DNA of 64,000 nt, from assembly GCA_016706685.1 (NCBI GenBank), contig JADJJE010000001.1, forward strand, positions 129,575-193,574, given 5' to 3'. The translations under genes were made by a program, and so were the position numbers. The notes under the pieces are model-generated. The model was not told where the DNA came from. It ran no database searches and saw only the letters and a program-made list of their open reading frames with translations. This document shows, in pieces, positions 34,997-44,017 of this stretch. Source of the DNA: Sandaracinaceae bacterium. GTDB taxonomy: Bacteria; Myxococcota_A; Polyangia; Polyangiales; Houyiibacteriaceae. Every line of letters starts with the position of its first letter. The first letter of the stretch is position 1.

Positions 34997-35593
34997 TCAG
35001 CGCGCCCCGCAGCGCCCTGTCTCGCACTGGCAGGTGCCGCAGTCCTTGGCCGCGTTCTGGCCGCAGTGGGCGACCAGCCGCTCCCGCAGCGCTTGCTTCG
35101 CCCGGTGCAAGCGCACGCTCGCGTTGTTGGGCTTGAGCCCCAGCGACTGCGCCGCGTCCCCCAGCGCCTGCCCGTCCAGCACCACGCGCCGCAGGATCTC
35201 GCCGTACTCCGCCTTGAGCTGGTCGGCCTGCACCAGCACGCAGAGGCAATCGGGCCCCGCGGCTTCGTCATCGTCCAGCTGGGGAAGCTCCAGCTCCTCG
35301 AAGGGCAGCGTCAGGTAGCGGCGCTTCCGCAGCTCGTCCACCACGGCGTTGCGCACCACGCGCCCCACCCAAGCCGCAGCCTTGGTGGGGTCCTGCACCT
35401 GGTCGGCACGGATGAGCGCGCGCTCGAGCGCACCGTGCAGGATCTCCTCGCTGTCACATACGCTCAGGCTGCCGCCCGCCCGTCCGCGAATGATGGCCAG
35501 GTAGCGCTCCCGGTCATGGGTGAGCGCCGCACGCACGGCTTCACGCGCCGTCAGCGTGCCCGGCCGGTCCTCGGGACGGGCGGCGTGACTCAC
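34997..35593 (-). CDS. ECF-type sigma-70 factor with a Cys-rich C-terminal tail (CorE-like)
   Basis: Region 2 (ALERALIRADQVQDPTKAAAWVGRVVRNAVVDELRKRR) and region 4 (EILRRVVLDGQALGDAAQSLGLKPNNASVRLHRAKQALRE). A CLC lies in the linker and the tail is HCGQNAAKDCGTCQCETGRC. The GTG start at 35593 overlaps the upstream stop. The ORF opens at 35653. Confidence 0.8.
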   Translation of the reverse strand: MSHAARPEDRPGTLTAREAVRAALTHDRERYLAIIRGRAGGSLSVCDSEEILHGALERALIRADQVQDPTKAAAWVGRVVRNAVVDELRKRRYLTLPFEELELPQLDDDEAAGPDCLCVLVQADQLKAEYGEILRRVVLDGQALGDAAQSLGLKPNNASVRLHRAKQALRERLVAHCGQNAAKDCGTCQCETGRCGAR

Positions 35594-35775
35594 GACGCAG
35601 CCGCTCCGCTGCAGCACGCCTGGGTGCGGCCGCGGGTGCTCGCGCAGTCGCACTCCGTGGTGCAGCAGGCGCCGCCCGTGGCGGTGCGTGGCTGGGCGCA
35701 GCGGCAGGGCTCGCAGCGGCAGGGGTTACAGGAACAGTCGCTGGCGCAGCAGCGCGGGGTGGGGTTCTCTGACAT
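35590..35775 (-). CDS. small cysteine-rich (metallothionein-like) protein, 61 aa
   Basis: MSENPTPRCCASDCSCNPCRCEPCRCAQPRTATGGACCTTECDCASTRGRTQACCSGAAAS has 14 Cys in CC/CxC motifs and no His or aromatic residues. GAGGAG lies 7 nt upstream of the ATG. Its TGA overlaps the sigma-factor GTG (GTGA). Confidence 0.6.
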   Translation of the reverse strand: MSENPTPRCCASDCSCNPCRCEPCRCAQPRTATGGACCTTECDCASTRGRTQACCSGAAAS

Positions 35776-35869
35776 TTCTGGCTCCTCGGTTGGGTGCGGG
35801 ACTCTCCCGCTACCCCTACCTGACGGGGCGGCCTTCCGGATCTTACAGCCCACCACCCTTCATCGTGAG

Positions 35870-35921
35870 CGTTGTCGTCGTCGTTCTCCTGAACGTTGTC
35901 GGCGACGGCGACGGCGACGCC
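35870..35921. repeat. copy of the CGTTGTCG + (GCGACG)n hexamer-periodic motif
   Basis: 35894-35921 (CGTTGTCGGCGACGGCGACGGCGACGCC) is 27/28 identical to 11866-11893. It is identical over 26 nt to the reverse complement of 11951-11976. A second CGTTGTCG seed is at 35870. The motif lies 10 nt from the stop of the TPR gene. Confidence 0.7.
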
Positions 35922-35930
35922 CCCGGAGAG

Positions 35931-38900
35931 CTACTCGTCGTCAGGGTCGATCGGCTCGAGCAGGTCGTCGTCCAGCGGCTCCTCCTCGGAGGGGGGCGGC
36001 GGCGGTGGCATGGGCCGCATGGACGTGACCGGCGCCAGCGGCGGAGGCGGCGGAATGGACCCGCTCGACACCGGCGATGGCCGCGGCGCCACGGTGCGAC
36101 GGGTGCGCGCGTCGGCCAGGCGCTCCACGGCGGCGGAGGCCTCTGTGTCTCCGGGCGCGGCAGCCAGCACGGCCTTCCACGCGTCCAGCGCCTCGGCACG
36201 GTCGTTGAGGCCGCCCTCCCAGGTGTTCGCCACGTCGCGCAGCAGCTCCACACGCGCCGGCACGTTGTCGGGGCCCAGGCGGCGCAGGGCCTGGCCCAGG
36301 GTGACCAGCAGGTCCTGGTAGCGTTCGGCACGCACCAGGCACTCGCGGTGTCGCACCTTCGCGGGCTCGTTGTCGGGCTCGAGCGAGACCAACCGGTGGT
36401 ACGCGTCGGCCGCCTCGCTGAACTTCCCGCGCGAGTACAGCAGGTCGGCGCGCTCGCTCTGCAGGGCGCGCGCCGCCTTGGCGTCGAAGCTGGCTTCGAA
36501 CCGCTCGGCCAGCACACGGTCGAGGTCGTCCTCGAAGCCACCCGCGCGGCCGTAGTCCACGAGGGCCCGCAAGATGGCTTCGTCGTCGCTGCACTCTACG
36601 ATGGCGCGCCGCATGACCTCGAAGGCCAGGCGCGCGTCCTCCAGCAGGGCACCAAAGACGTCGGCCGCCGCCAGGAAGAGCCGCTCTTTGTCCGGGCGCT
36701 CCACGGCAGTGGCCTTGCGCGCCAGGAACGTGGCTGCGGCACGGCGCAGCCGGTCGTCCTCCAGCTTGGCGTCGAGCGAGGCGGCCAGGTGAACGAAGCG
36801 GTCCACGTCGGCGGGCTCGTCGTGCGCCAGCTCGAACGCGTGCACCAAGCGCGCCTCGGCGTGCCCGCCATCGTCCAGCTGCTCCACCGAAGTCACGATG
36901 GAGTCCTCGAGCGCCACCAGCGCTTCGTCGCGCAGCGCCGCGTCGTCTTCACCGGCGCCCGCGGCCCGCAGCCGCGTCAGCTCATCGGCGCGGGCGTCCA
37001 GCGCCTTCATGCGCTCGCGTGCGTCGGTCTTCGGGTCCAGCAGGTCGGCCAGCGCCCGCAGCGCATCGAGCTCTGTGGGCGCCGCCTGGGCCCAGTGCCG
37101 CGCCGCGTGGAGCGCCCGCTCCGCGTTGGGGATGGCGCGCTCGTAGAGCCCGAATAGGCGCTTGGCCAGCGCGGCCCGCTGCACCGGGTGCGTCATCAGC
37201 GCGAGGTGCGCCTCGGTCACCTCGGCCAGCTGCTCGTCGTTGCCCTCCTCGAGGTAGAGGCTGCCCAAGCGCGCGAGCGCCGGCGCAAACTTGGGCTCCC
37301 GCTCGCGAATGGCCAAGAGCTCGCGCTCCGCCTCGCGCGGGTCCCCCAGGTGGTCCAACAAGAGCGTGGCGCGCTCCATGCCCAACTCGATGGCCTCCTC
37401 GGGCGACGTGGGCTGCCCCAGGCGCGTGGCTAGCAGCTCGGAGAGCTCGGCGTGCAGGTCGGTGCTGCGCGCGTGCGTGAGCAGCGCGGCCAGCGCCTCG
37501 TCGTCCTCGCGCAGCGTGCGCACCTCGCGGTAGCAGTCGGCCGCCTCGTCGGCGTCGCCCAGCACGTCGCCGAGCAGCCGCGCGCGGCGCAACAGCAGCG
37601 CCACGCGCGCCTCCGGTTCTGCCGTCTCGTCAATCAGGTCGTGCAGCAGCGCCGCCAGCTCGCGCGGCCGGCTGTGCGCCTCGTAGAGCCGCAGCAGCGC
37701 GTCGGCCGACTCGGTGTCACCCGCGCGCAGCTTCCGCACCCGGGCGTAGGCGCGCATGGCGGCCTCTGGATCTCCCGGGGGCTCGTCATACAGCCGCCCG
37801 AGGCGCAGCGAGACCTCGGCCAGCTCGTGGTCGGGCACCACCTTGGCGCGGTGCTCGAGCGCCTCCACCAGCCAGTCGCTCCGCCCGCTGCGCAGCGCGA
37901 TACGCTCGAGCCGCTCGATGGCGACCTCGTCGAACTGGGCCAGCTCCAGGATCTGCAGCGTGGCCGCGCGCGCGGGCTCGTCTTGGCGCAGGCCCACGTC
38001 ATAGATGTCCGCGAGCTCGGTCAGGGCAGCCTGCCGCGACTCGCTGTCTTGCGCTGCGCGCACCGACTCGCGCACCAGCGCGGCCGCCTCTTCCAGCTGG
38101 CCGGCCCCACGCAGGAACTTCACCAGAGCCGCGCGCGCGTCCACGTCGGTGGGGTCTGCCGCGCGATAGGCCTGCAGGGCGGCGGCTAGCGCCGCAGCGT
38201 CGAACGGGTGCTCTTCGGACAGCAGCAGCAGCGCGTCGAGCGCGCGCTTGCGCTCGGCCAGCGTCTCGAGCGACGTGATCTCCCAGCGGCGCACGTCGGC
38301 GATGGCGCGGTAGCGGCCCACCCGCCCGAGGCGCTCCAGCAGCTCGGTGCGCAGCGCGCGGTCGCGCGGGTCCAGCTCCGCCAGCTTTTGGAAGGCGTCG
38401 GCCGCGAGCTCGGCGTCTGCGAGCGGCCCGTCAGCCAGGTCCACCAGCTGCCGCAGCAGCTTGCGGCGTGCCTCGGCGTCCGTGGTGAGGCCCAGCCGCC
38501 GCTCGAGGAGCGAACGCAACGCGCGGTGCTCCCCGCGCTCTGCGTGCACGTGGCTGAGCCCCTCGAGGGCACCCGCGTGATCGCGCACCAGCTCGAGCAG
38601 GCGTGTGGCCACGTGCTCGGCGGCGTCCAGATCCGGCGCGGCGAGGCAGCGCGCGAGGAGGTCCTCCAGCACCACGCGCTCGTGCGCGGCGTGCGCCTCG
38701 CCGGCATGCAGGCGCTGCGCCGCGCGCGCGGCGTCGGCCCAGCGGCCAGCGGCCAGCGCCAGGGTGAGCCCACGCGCCAGCCACTCACTGCGCGGCGCCT
38801 CCACCAGCAGCGGAGCGAGCGTGTCGTAGGCCTCGGCCGCGCGGCCCTCGCGCTCGTACCAAGCCGCCAGCACCAGCCGCGCGTTCGCGCTGGCCCCCTC

Positions 38901-39899
38901 TGCCGCCGCCCGCACGCGCGCCGCCAAGTGCTTGCCCAGCCGCGCGCGGTTCGCGTCGGTGGGCGCCTTGGCCACCAGCCCGGTGAGGAGCGAAAGCGCA
39001 TCGCCATGGTCGGGCGCGAGCGAGAGCGCCCGCTCCACGGCTTCGAGCGCGGGCTCGGTGTCCAGCCTGCGCGCCAGCTCCACCTCGAGGGAAGCCGCGG
39101 CGTCCAGGTCCGCGCGCTCCGCGTCGGTGCCCTTCTTGCGGCGTGAGCGCTGCACCAGCAGGGTCACGCGCTGCTCGATGAGCGACAGCTCGTCGGGCGC
39201 GAGCGCGCTCGCGATGCCCAGCGTGGCAATGGCGCCATCGAAGTCCGCGGGCTGGGCCGTCTGCGCCTCGATCAGGTCGCGCAGCACCTCGAGCTTGCGC
39301 GCCGGGCTGCGCGTGGTCTCCGCCGCCAGGGCCAGCAACGTTCGCACATCCGAGATGCGGCGTGCGGCGCGCGCGCGCTCCACCGCCTCGTCCAGCGTGC
39401 TCGAGAGCTCGGGGTCGAGGGCCACCGCCGCGCGATGGTGCTCGAACGAGCGGTCCAGCCGGCCGGGTACGGCGGCGTGCACGCGCGCGATCGCTAGCTC
39501 CACCTCGGCGCGCTCGGTGGCCGAGGCACCCACCTCTTGCAGGCGCTCCGCCCAGCGCGTCAGCTGCTCGAGGTTGCGGTGCAGGTCACGCCCATCGGTG
39601 GCCAGCCGCAGGAACCCACGCCCGGCCACGGTCTGGCGGGGGTCCAGCTCGAGCGCCTTCCAGTGGTCCCGCCCGGCACGCGGCAGCTCACCCATTGCCT
39701 CGCGCCGCTCCCCCGCTTCGGCCCACGCGCGCGCCGCCTCGGCCGGGTCGGTGCACTTCTCGGCCCAGCGCTCGTGCAGCTCGGCCAGCTCGCGGCCGTC
39801 GGGCTCATTCGTGAGCGCGCTCACCAACGCGCGGTAGGCTCGGGGATTGGTCGAGTCGGCAGCGAAGACCGCGCGCAGCTCGTCGAGGGTCGGTTCCAT
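35931..39899 (-). CDS. large TPR-repeat protein with a Pro-rich, acidic C-terminal tail
   Basis: 1322 aa of degenerate Ala/Leu/Arg/Glu-rich helical repeats, ending PPPPPLAPVTSMRPMPPPPPPSEEEPLDDDLLEPIDPDDE. Start at MEPTLDEL (39899). The ORF opens at 39917. Confidence 0.75.
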   Translation of the reverse strand: MEPTLDELRAVFAADSTNPRAYRALVSALTNEPDGRELAELHERWAEKCTDPAEAARAWAEAGERREAMGELPRAGRDHWKALELDPRQTVAGRGFLRLATDGRDLHRNLEQLTRWAERLQEVGASATERAEVELAIARVHAAVPGRLDRSFEHHRAAVALDPELSSTLDEAVERARAARRISDVRTLLALAAETTRSPARKLEVLRDLIEAQTAQPADFDGAIATLGIASALAPDELSLIEQRVTLLVQRSRRKKGTDAERADLDAAASLEVELARRLDTEPALEAVERALSLAPDHGDALSLLTGLVAKAPTDANRARLGKHLAARVRAAAEGASANARLVLAAWYEREGRAAEAYDTLAPLLVEAPRSEWLARGLTLALAAGRWADAARAAQRLHAGEAHAAHERVVLEDLLARCLAAPDLDAAEHVATRLLELVRDHAGALEGLSHVHAERGEHRALRSLLERRLGLTTDAEARRKLLRQLVDLADGPLADAELAADAFQKLAELDPRDRALRTELLERLGRVGRYRAIADVRRWEITSLETLAERKRALDALLLLSEEHPFDAAALAAALQAYRAADPTDVDARAALVKFLRGAGQLEEAAALVRESVRAAQDSESRQAALTELADIYDVGLRQDEPARAATLQILELAQFDEVAIERLERIALRSGRSDWLVEALEHRAKVVPDHELAEVSLRLGRLYDEPPGDPEAAMRAYARVRKLRAGDTESADALLRLYEAHSRPRELAALLHDLIDETAEPEARVALLLRRARLLGDVLGDADEAADCYREVRTLREDDEALAALLTHARSTDLHAELSELLATRLGQPTSPEEAIELGMERATLLLDHLGDPREAERELLAIREREPKFAPALARLGSLYLEEGNDEQLAEVTEAHLALMTHPVQRAALAKRLFGLYERAIPNAERALHAARHWAQAAPTELDALRALADLLDPKTDARERMKALDARADELTRLRAAGAGEDDAALRDEALVALEDSIVTSVEQLDDGGHAEARLVHAFELAHDEPADVDRFVHLAASLDAKLEDDRLRRAAATFLARKATAVERPDKERLFLAAADVFGALLEDARLAFEVMRRAIVECSDDEAILRALVDYGRAGGFEDDLDRVLAERFEASFDAKAARALQSERADLLYSRGKFSEAADAYHRLVSLEPDNEPAKVRHRECLVRAERYQDLLVTLGQALRRLGPDNVPARVELLRDVANTWEGGLNDRAEALDAWKAVLAAAPGDTEASAAVERLADARTRRTVAPRPSPVSSGSIPPPPPLAPVTSMRPMPPPPPPSEEEPLDDDLLEPIDPDDE

Positions 39900-40000
39900 C
39901 ACCCCGAAGGGTATCACCGCTCATCAGCAGGATGCGCGGGTCCTATACGTGCTGACGAAGTGTGTGTAACGCTCTCCGCGCGCCCCCGAACGGAGAGCCC

Positions 40001-41242
40001 ATGCCCACCGACCCCCTCGCCCAGCCCCTTCGGCTGCCTTGCGGCCACCAGCTGCCCAACCGCCTCGGCAAGTCCGCCATGAGCGAGGCGCTGGGCACCG
40101 TGGACAACCGCGTCACCCCCAAGCTGGGGACGCTCTACGAGCGCTGGTCCCAGGGGGGCCTCGGGCTCTGCGTCACGGGTAACGTCATGGTAGACCGGCG
40201 TGCCCTGGGCGAGCCGCACAACGTGGCCCTCGAGGACGACCGAGACCTCGACGCCTTCCGCACCTGGGCAAAGCAGGGCACGAGCGCCGGCACGTCGCTG
40301 TTCATGCAGCTCAACCACCCGGGCAAGCAGGCCCCGAAGGGGCTCAACCGCGAGACGGTGTCCCCCTCGGCGGTGCCCTTCGACCCGTCCATGAGCTCGT
40401 ACTTCGGCACCCCGCGCGAACTGACGGGCGCCGAAATCGAAGACATCGTTCTGCGCTTCGGCCGCGCCGCGGGTCTCGCCAAGCAGGCGGGCTTCAGCGG
40501 CGTGCAGATCCACGGCGCGCACGGCTACCTGGTCAGCCAGTTCCTGTCGCCCCACCACAACCGCCGCGAAGACGAGTGGGGTGGCACGCCCGAGAAGCGC
40601 CGCCGCTTCGCGCTCGAGGTGTACCGCGCCATCCGCGCCGCCGTGGGGCCCGCGTTCCCGGTCTCCATCAAGCTCAACTCGGCGGACTTCCAGCGCGGTG
40701 GCTTCACCGAAGAGGAGTCGCTCGCCACCATCGTGGCGCTCGCGGAGGCAGGCATCGATCTCGTGGAGATCTCGGGGGGCACCTACGAGGCCCCCGCCAT
40801 GACCGGCATGACCGAGAAGAAGGCCAGCACCGTGGCCCGCGAGGCCTACTTCCTGGACTTCGCCGAGAAGGTGCGCGCCGCTGTGTCGGTGCCGCTCATG
40901 GTCACCGGCGGCTTCCGAAGTGGCTCTGCGATGCGAGCTGCGCTCCAGGGTGGCGCCATGGACGTGGTGGGGCTCGCGCGCCTGGTGGCCATCGAGCCCG
41001 ACGTGGCCGCGCGTCTCCTCCGTGGCGAAGAGCCCCGACAGCACGTCACGCCCATCACCACCGGCATCGGCATGGTGGACCGCATGGCGCTCATGGAGGT
41101 GGCCTGGTACTCGCGCCAGCTGCGCCGCCTGGGCTCGGGGCACGAACCCAAGCCCAACGAGTCGGGCTTGGTGGCGTTCCTGGGCAACGTGGTGGAGGGC
41201 GGCTGGAAGACCATGACCACCCGCATGCGCGCCTCCTCCTGA
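40001..41242 (+). CDS. NADH:flavin oxidoreductase, Old Yellow Enzyme family
   Basis: NRLGKSAMSE, QLNHPGKQ, HGAHGYLVSQFLSPHHNRREDEWGG, and GIDLVEISGG...MVTGGFRS. GGAGAG lies upstream of ATG 40001. Confidence 0.85.
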   Translation: MPTDPLAQPLRLPCGHQLPNRLGKSAMSEALGTVDNRVTPKLGTLYERWSQGGLGLCVTGNVMVDRRALGEPHNVALEDDRDLDAFRTWAKQGTSAGTSLFMQLNHPGKQAPKGLNRETVSPSAVPFDPSMSSYFGTPRELTGAEIEDIVLRFGRAAGLAKQAGFSGVQIHGAHGYLVSQFLSPHHNRREDEWGGTPEKRRRFALEVYRAIRAAVGPAFPVSIKLNSADFQRGGFTEEESLATIVALAEAGIDLVEISGGTYEAPAMTGMTEKKASTVAREAYFLDFAEKVRAAVSVPLMVTGGFRSGSAMRAALQGGAMDVVGLARLVAIEPDVAARLLRGEEPRQHVTPITTGIGMVDRMALMEVAWYSRQLRRLGSGHEPKPNESGLVAFLGNVVEGGWKTMTTRMRASS

Positions 41243-41250
41243 CCTGGAGT

Positions 41251-41276
41251 GAGACGGGGCTCTACAGCCCCGCCTC
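41251..41276. terminator. hairpin between convergent genes (possible bidirectional terminator)
   Basis: gagacGGGGC tctaca GCCCCgcctc gives a 10-bp stem with one mismatch. There is no clear T-tract on either side. Confidence 0.3.
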
Positions 41277-41287
41277 ACCCTCGCGCA

Positions 41288-43030
41288 TCACACTCCGTCG
41301 CAGATGGCAGCGCCCGGATTGGGCGAGGCGTCGCACATCTGGCGGCCCCAACGGATGTTGCATGCACCGCGGCACTCGCTGCCGCGTGAGCAGCTCTCTC
41401 CTGGCGCGCGGTACGTGGTGCACACGGGCTCGTCGAGGTCCGTGTCGCAGAACGCCACGTTCGGGTCGCAGGGCAGGTCGTCGAACGCAGCGCAGCTCGC
41501 GCCCGCTGCAGCGCCCGTCTGGCACGTGCCCTCGAAGCACACGCCCGACTCACAGAACGCGGACGAGTTGCACGCGGTGTCGTTGGCGAGTGGAGGCGTG
41601 CGGCAGGTCCACGTGTCCTCCGCCGTGTTGCAGAACCTCGAGGCGCAGTCGAAGGAGCTGTCGCAGCCGCTGCCGTCGACCAGCGGCGGCGATGCGCAAA
41701 CACCCGCGACGCACGCGTCAGACGCGCACTGGTGGTCGCCGATGCAGGCCGCCCCGTCGGCGCGATAAGCAACGCAGTAGTAGTCCGCTTGAGCCTCGTC
41801 GTACGCGCAGTACCCGGTGGTGCACTGGGCGGTTTGGCCGCTGCTGCAGGCAGCTCCGTTCGCGACGGTCGCGGTGCACACGCCCGTGCAGAACCCGCTC
41901 GTACACTCCTTATTGGAATCGCAGGTGGCGGCGATGGCGCGCGGCGCGATGCACTGATACTCGAGCGCCACCGCATTGTAGGCGCACACGTCGCTCGCGC
42001 ACTCGGCGTCTCCGTCGCACGGGTCTCCGTTGGGGAGCTTCGCTCGGCAGAACGACTGATCGGTGTCCACGTCGTAGACACAGCGCAGCGTCGCCTGACA
42101 GTCGTCCTGTTCTGCGCACCGCGTGCCTGCTGTACGGGGCTGGTCACAGACACCGGCGCCCTCGCCCGCCTCGACACAGACGAGACCGGTGTCCTCGCCA
42201 CATGCCACGTCGCTGAAGCACGAGGAGCCGCGCTCGCAGAGGGCAACACAGGTGGACGTCAGAATGGAGCAGGTGAGACCCTCTTCGCAGCGAATGAGGA
42301 GCAGATCCTCCTCCGGGTTCTCGAGGGTGTCGTCCGAGTACTGACACGCATCGCCGAGCCCCGCGGGAACTTTGCAGGTGCCGTCGAGGTAGCTGCAGTA
42401 GAGGTCGGCAGCGCACTCGCTGTCGCTGAAGCACGTCTCGCCCTCGATCTGCGGCGCGGCGCATGCGCCTTCCTCGCCCAGCGAAGACGAGTCCGTCAGG
42501 CAGACCATGTCGTCCCGACACTCGAACGAAGAAGTAGCCCCAGAGCAGGCGCCTCCCTCGCGAACACGACCTTCCACGATGAGATCGACGTCGCACGGCG
42601 ACTCCTCGACCGCGGGCGGATCGCAGACGTCTTCGTCAATCATGGGGCTGGGCACGCTGCACTCCTGCTGCTCCATCCAGTCGATGCACGCGTCGAACGC
42701 CGCGCGGTTCAAGTGAACACGCCCATCCCGCAACGCGCGATCGAGCGCGGCGAGGTTGGGAAGGTACACGCGCGCGGACGGCCCGAACCCAAACGACGGC
42801 TCTGTATCCAGCGCGGCGGAGTCGACCATACGGTCCGCGCAGTCGCCTTCGCCCACGAAGGGCCCAAGGTAGTACGCGCGCTCGCCCGCGCTGCAGCAGC
42901 GCGCGCCGAAGTCGCACACCGCCTGGGCGATCTCTCGCGCCCGCGGCTCCGAGAGCTGCGTCGATGTGGAGCACCCCATGACCAATTGGAGCCCCATGGC
43001 TCCCAGAACCAAGACACTTCTTACCTGCAT
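41288..43030 (-). CDS. lipoprotein with about 11 Myxococcus-type cysteine-rich repeats
   Basis: MQVRSVLVLGAMGLQLVMGC lipobox. Repeated units of the form G.xC....xC.s..C.....C follow (for example PNGDPCDGDAECASDVCAY..., ADGAACIGDHQCASDACVAGVC, VDGSGCDSSFDCASRFCN). Confidence 0.8.
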   Translation of the reverse strand: MQVRSVLVLGAMGLQLVMGCSTSTQLSEPRAREIAQAVCDFGARCCSAGERAYYLGPFVGEGDCADRMVDSAALDTEPSFGFGPSARVYLPNLAALDRALRDGRVHLNRAAFDACIDWMEQQECSVPSPMIDEDVCDPPAVEESPCDVDLIVEGRVREGGACSGATSSFECRDDMVCLTDSSSLGEEGACAAPQIEGETCFSDSECAADLYCSYLDGTCKVPAGLGDACQYSDDTLENPEEDLLLIRCEEGLTCSILTSTCVALCERGSSCFSDVACGEDTGLVCVEAGEGAGVCDQPRTAGTRCAEQDDCQATLRCVYDVDTDQSFCRAKLPNGDPCDGDAECASDVCAYNAVALEYQCIAPRAIAATCDSNKECTSGFCTGVCTATVANGAACSSGQTAQCTTGYCAYDEAQADYYCVAYRADGAACIGDHQCASDACVAGVCASPPLVDGSGCDSSFDCASRFCNTAEDTWTCRTPPLANDTACNSSAFCESGVCFEGTCQTGAAAGASCAAFDDLPCDPNVAFCDTDLDEPVCTTYRAPGESCSRGSECRGACNIRWGRQMCDASPNPGAAICDGV

Positions 43031-43198
43031 CACCCAACCTCCAAGTTTTCCCCACGCGGACGAGGCGGGCCCCCCAAGTGACGCGACCACCCCAACCGCT
43101 GTGACGGCCAGCGTTGAAGCAGGTCTTTCTGTGGCGGTCAAGTCACGCTTCGCGGTCGGCGCGGTGGACAATGACAGGCTCGTCCTTACTACTGGCCG

Positions 43199-43849
43199 AT
43201 GACCAAGCTCACGAAGCGCATCCTGGTGGGGCTCGGCACGGCCGCGTTGGCAGGCGGCACAGCGTTTCAGCTGCAGCGGCTGTTCACGGCCGGCCCGCCC
43301 TACGAGACTCTCTGGGAACACGACGAACTCGAGGTGCGCCGCTACGGCCCGCGAATCGTGGCCCGCACCCGGCTCGAAGGAACCGACGATGAGGCCAAGA
43401 ACCAGGGCTTCCGGCGGCTGGCGGGCTACATCTTCGGCGGGAACGGTGGCGGCCAGCGCATCGCCATGACCACCCCCGTCACCACCGAGCCCACATCGGC
43501 GCGGATCGCGATGACCACCCCGGTGGAGACGGCCTCGACCGGGGGCGAAGCCTCCATGGCGTTCACGATGCCGGCCGAGTGGGCGCTCGCGGACCTACCG
43601 CGCCCGAACGACAGCAGGGTCGTGCTGGAAGAGGCCCCGGCGCGCCTCGTGGCGGTCTTCCGCTTTCGCGGTCGTCCGTCGCCTGCGGAGTTCGAGGCGA
43701 AGCAGGCCAACTTGCTCCGCGCGGTCGAAGCTGCGGGCATGCAGGCCGCCGGGCCGGCGTACACGGCCCAGTATGACCCACCGTGGGTGCTCCCGGTCTT
43801 GCGGAGGAACGAGGTCATGGTGCCCGTCGAGGCTCTGCCCAGCCCGTAG
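43199..43849 (+). CDS. SOUL/HEBP heme-binding family protein
   Basis: PPYETLWEHDELEVRRYGP, GFRRLAGYIFGGNGGGQRIAMTTPV, AMTTPV (second), and YDPPWVLPVLRRNEVMVPV are the typical SOUL signature order. Confidence 0.8.
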   Translation: MTKLTKRILVGLGTAALAGGTAFQLQRLFTAGPPYETLWEHDELEVRRYGPRIVARTRLEGTDDEAKNQGFRRLAGYIFGGNGGGQRIAMTTPVTTEPTSARIAMTTPVETASTGGEASMAFTMPAEWALADLPRPNDSRVVLEEAPARLVAVFRFRGRPSPAEFEAKQANLLRAVEAAGMQAAGPAYTAQYDPPWVLPVLRRNEVMVPVEALPSP

Positions 43850-44017
43850 GGGCAGTCGGACCTCACCCAGCAAGGCATGGAAGCCGAGGAAACGCTGCGA
43901 TGTGGTGCCGTGCCAAACAGTCCGGAGAGGGCCTCGATGTTCAGCAGCCGATCACCGCGACCGGGGGTGCAGGTACAGACTGTGGGGCGCCCGTAAATCC
44001 GTGCTAGAGCTGCACGC

